A DNA stretch of 32,000 nt from Crocosphaera subtropica ATCC 51142 (GTDB taxonomy: Bacteria; Cyanobacteriota; Cyanobacteriia; Cyanobacteriales; Microcystaceae): contig NC_010546.1 of NCBI RefSeq assembly GCF_000017845.1, positions 1,243,382-1,275,381 on the forward strand, written 5' to 3'. Numbering within the stretch: position 1 is the first letter of the stretch; every line of letters starts with the position of its first letter. The translations under genes were made by a program, and so were the position numbers. Shown here piece by piece: positions 26,165 to 32,000 of the stretch. Below the pieces are notes generated by a model. The model saw nothing but the letters and a program-made list of their open reading frames with translations, was not told the origin of the DNA and made no database searches.

Positions 26165-26842
26165 CTATTTGCGAATTTGGTTATTACGAATATATAAATA
26201 ATTCATGTTGTCATAAGGAAGAATACCAGACCAAATAGTTAATCCTAAAATAACTAATTTATGAATCATTTTATAGTTATCAATAAAATTAGAAATAGAA
26301 TCATTAAAATTATAGTTAATTATTAATAAAATAACGATTCCCATTAAATTGTTTTTGTCATTTTTTAGACTATCGACGCTTTTATTATGATTGTCAAGTC
26401 TCTTTTGTATTTTTTCATCTTGATGAGTTTCTAAATAGTTTTCTACCTCATGTTTAAATACTATATTTTTATTATATTTATATTTTTTTTGTACTTCTGA
26501 TTCAGGATATATATTGATGATCCAATGAATTATATATTGTAGTTCAATCAATAAGTTACTCACTAATATTCTAAACAATTGAGCAAGATGTGAAAGTAAG
26601 AAATATCCTATTATTACTATCATATAAGGAATAAGGTTTATTATTTGTTCATTAATTATTGAAAAATTATCAGATGAAGAAAAACTTTTTATAAAAATTA
26701 AATATTTCTGTATAAATACAAATGTCAAGATATAACCTGTAATAAATGTTAACTGTAAAACCTTACTCCAATTGCTAGTATCTTTATCAAAAATTAGTTT
26801 AAACTGTTCTTTGAGCCAATCTATTATCATATTTTTTCTCAC
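26165..26842 (-). CDS. Very AT-rich orphan polytopic membrane protein
   Basis: 225 aa (GTG at 26842, first ATG at 26830) with four to five hydrophobic segments around a Lys/Asn/Glu-rich loop. Three 60-nt lines I counted gave 13-27% G+C, against 33-55% for two lines counted in glmS. No family recognised. Confidence 0.5.
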   Translation of the reverse strand: MRKNMIIDWLKEQFKLIFDKDTSNWSKVLQLTFITGYILTFVFIQKYLIFIKSFSSSDNFSIINEQIINLIPYMIVIIGYFLLSHLAQLFRILVSNLLIELQYIIHWIINIYPESEVQKKYKYNKNIVFKHEVENYLETHQDEKIQKRLDNHNKSVDSLKNDKNNLMGIVILLIINYNFNDSISNFIDNYKMIHKLVILGLTIWSGILPYDNMNYLYIRNNQIRK

Positions 26843-26888
26843 ATTTGCTTTTATTTATAATCATTATACTTATATTATAAATAATGAA

Positions 26889-26913
26889 GGATAGTATATT
26901 AGTTACACTATCC
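26889..26913 (-). terminator. Weak hairpin downstream of glmS
   Basis: GGATAGT-N11-ACTATCC lies 35 nt after the glmS stop and is followed on the minus strand by TTCATTATTTAT. Confidence 0.3.
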
Positions 26914-26947
26914 ATCGCTATCTAAGCAAAGTTAATTCTAATGAATT

Positions 26948-28834
26948 TTATTCCACTGTAACACTCTTAGCTAAATTCCGAGGTTGATCTACATCTAAAC
27001 CTCTTCTAGCTGCAATATGATAGGCTAATAATTGTAAGGGAATGACGGCAATAATCGGGGATAAAATTTCATCCACATGGGGAACAAATAATAAGTCATC
27101 GAATGTTGATCTCGCTTCATTATCATCAACAGAAGTTACCCCTATTAACCTTGCATCCCTTGCTTTTGCTTCTTGAGCATTGGATAATACTTTATCATGA
27201 ACTTCTCCCGGCATAGCAATAGCAACCACAGGAACTTTCGCATCTAATAAAGCAATGGGCCCGTGTTTCATTTCTCCAGCAGGGTAGCCTTCAGCATGAA
27301 TATAACTGATTTCTTTTAATTTTAAAGCCCCTTCTAAAGCAATGGGAAAATTAACCCCTCTTCCTAAGAAAATAAAGTCCTGGGTTTCGATAAATTCGTG
27401 GGCTAATTCTTCAATTTGTTTTTCTTGTTGACTTAAAATGAGCTCAATTTGATTGGGTAATTCTCTTAACCCTTTAATCAAACTTTCAAACTTTTCTAAA
27501 CTCAACCGTTTACGACGATAAGCTAACTCTAATGCTAAGAAATAAAAGCCCATTAATTGCGCCGTAAAACTCTTAGTAGCCGCCACACCAATTTCTATCC
27601 CTGCTTGGGTATTAATGATACGATCTACCATGTGAGCAAGGGTACTTTCGGGACGATTAGTAATGCCTAAAATTCGGGCATCGTAAGGAAATTCTAAGCC
27701 CATTCTGCGCTGTTTTTCCATCTCCAATGCGGCTAAAGTATCGGCGGTTTCCCCTGACTGTGTGACCCCAACGGTTAAGGTATTAGCTAACATGGGGGCA
27801 GGAGAATAACGAAACTCTGAGGCATATTGCACCATCGTGGGAATACCGGCTAATTGTTCGAGTAAATATTTACCCACGACACTAGCATTCCAACTGGTCC
27901 CACAAGCGACAATTTGAATATAATCGACGTTGTCACATAATTCTGCTGCTAATCCTAGCGCAATGGGGCTTTTTTCTTCCCCATTTTCAATATTCCAGCT
28001 AGGATCTAAATAGGTTTCTAAACAACTTCTTACTACCGAAGGTTGCTCATAAATTTCTTTGAGCATGAAATGACGAAACCCTTGTTTTTCAACGGTGGCA
28101 ATATTCCAATCAAGGGTTCTCGGAAGCTTTCTCAGGCGTTTGAGGTCAAAATCGTAAACTTCTACGCCGAGGGCAGTTAAACGGGCAATTTCGCCGTTTT
28201 CCAGAGATAAAACCGCATGGGTATGAGGCACAACCGCCGTGACATCGGAGGCGCAGAAAAATTCCCCTTGTCCAAAGCCGATAATTAAAGGGGCCTGATG
28301 CCGTGCGACAATAATTTCATCCGGGTAGTCTGCACAGATAACGGCGATCGCAAAAGACCCATTGAGACGATGAACAGCTTTTTGTACTGCTTCTAATAAC
28401 CCATCATAATCAACGGTTTCAGGAAGATATTGAGCAATTAAATGGGGAATTACTTCGGTATCAGTTTCTGAGAGAAATTCACACCCTTTCTCTATCAATT
28501 CTTCCCGTAATTCTTGGTGATTTTCAATAATGCCATTTTGCACCACTGCCACCCGTTTGCTACTATCTCTGTGAGGGTGGGCGTTATGTTCTTCTGGTTT
28601 GCCGTGGGTGGCCCAGCGAGTGTGGCCGATACCCATTTGTGAGGGGTTAACCTCCCGTTCTAATTTTTCTCTGAGGTTATAGAGTTTGCCTTTTGCCCTC
28701 GTACAGTGTACCGTACCTTCTAAAACTGTAGCAATACCGGCTGAATCATAGCCTCTGTATTCTAATCGTTCTAAACCGTCGATTAATACCTCGGTTGCTG
28801 TTTTGGTGCCAATATAGCCAACAATTCCACACAT
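26948..28834 (-). CDS. glmS: Glutamine--fructose-6-phosphate aminotransferase
   Basis: Full-length GlmS. The start is set at the ATG at 28834, giving MCGIVGYIG, because the class II amidotransferase needs Cys as the first mature residue. The 17 extra N-terminal codons in the ORF track are rejected. Two SIS domains are present and the protein ends ...NLAKSVTVE. Confidence 0.95.
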   Translation of the reverse strand: MCGIVGYIGTKTATEVLIDGLERLEYRGYDSAGIATVLEGTVHCTRAKGKLYNLREKLEREVNPSQMGIGHTRWATHGKPEEHNAHPHRDSSKRVAVVQNGIIENHQELREELIEKGCEFLSETDTEVIPHLIAQYLPETVDYDGLLEAVQKAVHRLNGSFAIAVICADYPDEIIVARHQAPLIIGFGQGEFFCASDVTAVVPHTHAVLSLENGEIARLTALGVEVYDFDLKRLRKLPRTLDWNIATVEKQGFRHFMLKEIYEQPSVVRSCLETYLDPSWNIENGEEKSPIALGLAAELCDNVDYIQIVACGTSWNASVVGKYLLEQLAGIPTMVQYASEFRYSPAPMLANTLTVGVTQSGETADTLAALEMEKQRRMGLEFPYDARILGITNRPESTLAHMVDRIINTQAGIEIGVAATKSFTAQLMGFYFLALELAYRRKRLSLEKFESLIKGLRELPNQIELILSQQEKQIEELAHEFIETQDFIFLGRGVNFPIALEGALKLKEISYIHAEGYPAGEMKHGPIALLDAKVPVVAIAMPGEVHDKVLSNAQEAKARDARLIGVTSVDDNEARSTFDDLLFVPHVDEILSPIIAVIPLQLLAYHIAARRGLDVDQPRNLAKSVTVE

Positions 28835-29040
28835 AATTTTATATATATTGATGATTAATTTATTAATTGTCGATGATGATGCCAAAAATGACCAGGGTTT
28901 TATGATTTATTGATGACTTATCTTAGGTCATAAGTTGTCTAGACGTGGGTTACCCCTTTTCTGTTTCATTCAATCAATGTACGGTTTGTCAAGACTAAAT
29001 AAATTATAAAATCATCTAATATATGGATATATGGATCTAT

Positions 29041-29090
29041 TTTGCCCACCTGTAACTTAAGTCAACAAAGATAAGTTACAGGTGGGCAAA
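29041..29090. repeat. Perfect 19-bp inverted repeat with a 12-nt spacer
   Basis: TTTGCCCACCTGTAACTTA (29041-29059) and TAAGTTACAGGTGGGCAAA (29072-29090), about 210-255 bp upstream of the glmS start. Confidence 0.8.
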
Positions 29091-29148
29091 TAATCAAAAA
29101 ATTATTAATTAATAGATAATTGACAATTATTTGTGCTAATAACAATTT

Positions 29149-29168
29149 ACCCGCCTTCGGAGGCGGGT
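29149..29168. terminator. GC-rich tetraloop hairpin (terminator-like, usable on either strand)
   Basis: ACCCGCCT-TCGG-AGGCGGGT has a perfect 8-bp stem. The minus strand follows with TAAATTGTTATT. It lies 380 nt downstream of the SDR stop at 29548. Confidence 0.45.
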
Positions 29169-29547
29169 TAATCAGTGTACAAAGGATATGGACTCCTAGA
29201 AATATAAATGAATTGGTTAGATAGTGACTAACTAAAGTGAACACTGAACTCACAATGCTTTTTCACTTTTTCAACATCCTCTTTCCGACTCAGGTGTTGA
29301 TCATGGCTCTCACCCTAACATCTTCTTAAATTAATCACATAAAAAGCTGTGGGTAATACCATCGTGTCTTTTTAGAATGTTGCTGTTAAAAACACTGCGT
29401 CGACCAGAGCAGACGGCACAGACTCCAATCGATATTTTTTTAGAAGTTTGGTGTACTTCTTTGTGCCTGTCTTGATAGTAGCATCAACCTTAGAAAAATG
29501 CCTCATTTTCTTTACAAAACTTTATGCTGAAAGGAATTAGGTAAAAA

Positions 29548-30312
29548 TTACCAAGGAAGACAATTGCCATCCCAAGAAAAGAATTGTCCTGTATCATTTT
29601 CAGTTAAGTTATCAATAATAGTTAATAGTTGTTTAACGGTTCTTTCCACAGAAAATAACTTCTCTAGGGGAACATTTTTTTGGAACGGTTTAGATAAATT
29701 GGTGTCCGTTGTGCCAGGATGTAATGCAACCACAATTGTATGAGGACAAGTTCTTTTATATTCAATAGAAATGGTTTTTAAAAACATATTAAGGGCTGCT
29801 TTTGAAGCGCGATAACCGTACCAACCCCCCAGATAATTATCTTCAATACTGCCCACTTTGGCACTAATAGCAGCAAAAATGCTCTGGTGGGAATGACGAA
29901 AGAAAGGTAATAAATGTTTAGCTAATAAAACACTGGCGATACTATTAACTTGAAAGTAGGTCAATAAGTTTTCAGTGTTAATATGTCTGAGACTTTTTTC
30001 AGGATTAATATTATCTTCATGAAGAATACCGACACAGTTAATAACTAAATGGAGTTCTGATATTTCTTGTTTTAACTGTTTAGCTAGATTACTGATTTGT
30101 TCTTCTTCGATAATATCTAACTGTAATAATGTTAGAGAGTGAGAATATTGAATCTGTAACTTAAATAACTCTTGTGCTGTTTCTTTTTGGCGATAAGTTG
30201 CATAAATATTGACCCTTTCTTCACGTTCAATCAGAATTTTCACAAATCCTAGTCCAATTCCCCTAGAAGCCCCAATAATGAGAATATTTTTATCAATCTT
30301 TTCAGTATTCAT
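29548..30312 (-). CDS. SDR family NAD(P)-dependent oxidoreductase
   Basis: 254 aa with GASRGIGLG and catalytic YRASK. Separated from the upstream nth by 21 nt on the same strand. Confidence 0.85.
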   Translation of the reverse strand: MNTEKIDKNILIIGASRGIGLGFVKILIEREERVNIYATYRQKETAQELFKLQIQYSHSLTLLQLDIIEEEQISNLAKQLKQEISELHLVINCVGILHEDNINPEKSLRHINTENLLTYFQVNSIASVLLAKHLLPFFRHSHQSIFAAISAKVGSIEDNYLGGWYGYRASKAALNMFLKTISIEYKRTCPHTIVVALHPGTTDTNLSKPFQKNVPLEKLFSVERTVKQLLTIIDNLTENDTGQFFSWDGNCLPW

Positions 30313-30333
30313 TATATTTTGTAGTATAATTTA

Positions 30334-30972
30334 TCAACCGATAAAAGAACAGAGATGAGCTAATTTACAATCTTGACAATTCGGCGTTCTGGCCTTACAA
30401 ATTTGACGACCATGATAAATAATACGAATGGAAAAGTTTTCCCAATCTTTTTGCGGTAATAAAGCCATTAAATCTTTTTCAATTTTAACAGGATCAGTGG
30501 CTTTTGTTAACCCTAATCGTTGACTTAATCGTTTAACGTGGGTATCCACTGTGACCCCTGCATTAATACCAAAAGCGTGGGCTAAGACCACATTAGCTGT
30601 TTTTCTGGCAACTCCAGGTAATAATAATAATTCTTCCATTGTTTGAGGAACTTGACCGTTAAAATCTGCAACAATTTTTTGACAAGCTCCTTGAATATTT
30701 TTAGCTTTATTCCGATAAAATCCTGTAGAACGGATCCAGGTTTCTAATACCTCTCGATCTGCATTAGCTAACCCTTTAGCATCAGGAAACTGAGTAAATA
30801 ATTCAGGGGTCACTTTATTGACCCGTTCATCTGTACATTGTGCCGATAGGATAGTCGCTACTAATAATTGAACCGGACTATCATAAGTTAAACTACAAGT
30901 GGCATCGGGATATAATTGTTTGAGAATTTTTAGTATTTCTAACGCTTTTTTTAGTTGATTGGGTGTTTTCAT
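30334..30972 (-). CDS. nth: Endonuclease III (DNA glycosylase/AP lyase)
   Basis: 212 aa with an HhH-GPD region (LLLLPGVARKTANVVL) and a catalytic Lys/Asp context. C-terminal [4Fe-4S] ligands C-x6-C-x2-C-x5-C (CKARTPNCQDCKLAHLC). Confidence 0.92.
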   Translation of the reverse strand: MKTPNQLKKALEILKILKQLYPDATCSLTYDSPVQLLVATILSAQCTDERVNKVTPELFTQFPDAKGLANADREVLETWIRSTGFYRNKAKNIQGACQKIVADFNGQVPQTMEELLLLPGVARKTANVVLAHAFGINAGVTVDTHVKRLSQRLGLTKATDPVKIEKDLMALLPQKDWENFSIRIIYHGRQICKARTPNCQDCKLAHLCSFIG

Positions 30973-31526
30973 GATAAAAACCTGAGTTTAGGTTAAAGGG
31001 GGGAAGAAATTCACTGGGAGGATAAGCTTCCCTGAAATGACTATGGGATAAAGTATATATTTTCCTTGTTACAAATAATTCATATCTAATTCACCTTGTT
31101 TTTTAGTCTTGCACAAGTAACCTTTTGAACATCTTTTTATTTTCTGAGATACTAATATTACTCAAGTTCAATCATTTAAGTTCATCAATTCTTAATTTTA
31201 GTTGATCATTATCCTACATTATAATATAATATTTTTACACTGTTTTTCAGATTTTAATAAATACATGAAAAATGGGTAAAAGTGTATTGGTTAGTTATTG
31301 GAAAGTCATGGAACTTTTAATATTTTTAAATATCAATGTGCTTATGCTTGAAAACAAAAAACTTAGAAGATTTCATTAAAGATGTAGATAATCAATCGTT
31401 AAATAAAGATTTTTTTAGTAGTAGTATTACAAATAGCTGATATAGCTAGTCTATTTGGATCGTGAACGTTGGTCAGCTTTTATAACAATTAAAATAACTT
31501 TTTGATGAAATAAAGTAGGTAATATT

Positions 31527-32000
31527 TTGTATTTTAGTAACTTTGTAGGTGTAATTGCGCTGCTAATCGCCATTTATATTTTCTGGAAAATTCGCTTTAT
31601 TATTCTGCTGACGTTTGCGGCAGTAGCCTTGGCAACGGCAGTTAATTATTTAGTTCAGTTATTGATGAAGTCAGGGCTAAAAAAGCGTAGTGTATCAATT
31701 GTTGTGGCTTTATTTCTACTCTTGTTAATATTTGCAGTTTTTCTGTTGCTAATTTTTCCGCCATTTATCGATCAGGTACAACAATCCCTTTCCTTATTAC
31801 CTCTGGCTGTAGATAGGATTGAGGCTTGGTTAATGTGGTTGCAAGAAACAGTCCCAGAACAGCTTGTCGGAGAAATTCAAAAGCTAGAAAATCTGACTCG
31901 TGATTTACCCGGTATTGCCACCCAGCTTGTCGGCAATTTCTATAGTATTTTTTCAGGTTCGTTGGGTGTTCTGTTAAATATTTTGCTGGTGACGGTGGTA
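31527..32000 (+). CDS. AI-2E/PerM (UPF0118) family transporter, N-terminal part; runs off the window
   Basis: The frame is open from 31509 to the window end and is absent from the ORF track because it has no stop. It reads ...FVGVIALLIAIYIFWKIRFIILLTFAAVALATAVNYLVQLLMKSGLKKRSVSIVVALFLLLLIFAVFLLLIFPPFIDQ..., as in PerM-type permeases. There is no in-frame ATG, so TTG at 31527 is only a guess for the start. Confidence 0.65.
   Translation, partial: MYFSNFVGVIALLIAIYIFWKIRFIILLTFAAVALATAVNYLVQLLMKSGLKKRSVSIVVALFLLLLIFAVFLLLIFPPFIDQVQQSLSLLPLAVDRIEAWLMWLQETVPEQLVGEIQKLENLTRDLPGIATQLVGNFYSIFSGSLGVLLNILLVTVV

Larger units (their letters stand above)
24775..26947 (-). mobile_element. Decayed Tn7-like element occupying the glmS-downstream attachment site
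   Basis: The order glmS stop (26948), tnsC fragment, broken tnsD/tniQ, all on the minus strand, is the canonical Tn7 arrangement at attTn7. tnsA, tnsB and the tnsC ATPase core are absent. The boundaries are approximate because I could not identify the ends. Confidence 0.6.

Noticed and set aside
26907-26947. A Tn7-like right end starting at TGTAAC (minus strand, about 41 nt after the glmS stop).
   Set aside because: Only a TGT trinucleotide supports it. I could not see repeated TnsB-type binding sites or a matching left end, so no end is called.
28835-28885. A 17-codon N-terminal extension of glmS in the ORF track (MASSSTINKLIINIYKI).
   Set aside because: GlmS requires Cys as the first mature residue, so the ATG at 28834 (MCGIVGY) is the real start.
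29062-29253. 63-aa minus-strand ORF.
   Set aside because: It reads straight through the 19-bp palindrome and the GC hairpin, has no RBS and gives a low-complexity hydrophobic translation.
28886-29547. A glmS ribozyme upstream of glmS.
   Set aside because: The glmS ribozyme is known essentially from Gram-positive lineages. I found none of its conserved core, and the structures here are simple hairpins.

Overview
This is a chromosomal window from a cyanobacterium. It carries ten perfect HIP1 octamers (GCGATCGC) and its gene content resembles unicellular Cyanothece/Crocosphaera-type genomes, but I cannot name the strain.

**Left third.** It holds an mntCAB Mn ABC importer, whose permease runs off the left edge and is absent from the ORF track. 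It also holds a TM-PAS-GGDEF-EAL c-di-GMP protein, an SDR, an LptF/G-family permease, a ClcA-type Cl-/H+ exchanger behind a 770-bp repeat-rich leader, a small K+ channel and a DUF1400 alpha/beta hydrolase.

**Middle.** A five-gene minus-strand operon encodes a 4-TM protein, a Cys-type arylsulfatase, a DUF1254/DUF1214 protein, an exported DUF2092 protein and an exported Gly-rich tandem-repeat protein. An internally deleted IS (11-bp IRs, AAT duplication) sits directly in front of its first start codon. Next comes an AT-rich, HIP1-free block of four exported proteins of unknown function. One is a 760-aa protein that reads as an outer-membrane beta-barrel split by a roughly 320-aa coiled coil, and another carries five Cys-pair (C-x17-C-type) repeat units. 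A membrane-embedded metallophosphoesterase follows. Then a decayed Tn7-like element (tnsC and tnsD/tniQ fragments, a toxin-antitoxin scar, a very AT-rich orphan membrane protein) lies exactly where Tn7 inserts, downstream of glmS.

**Right end.** It holds glmS, a 660-bp structured intergenic region, an SDR, nth and a partial AI-2E (PerM) transporter.

I recognised no rRNA, tRNA or CRISPR array. The best candidates for something undescribed are the sulfatase/DUF1254-1214/DUF2092/Gly-rich operon and the exported-protein block with the coiled-coil beta-barrel. Both are inferences from sequence features only. All family names are recalled from motif patterns and need HMM confirmation.
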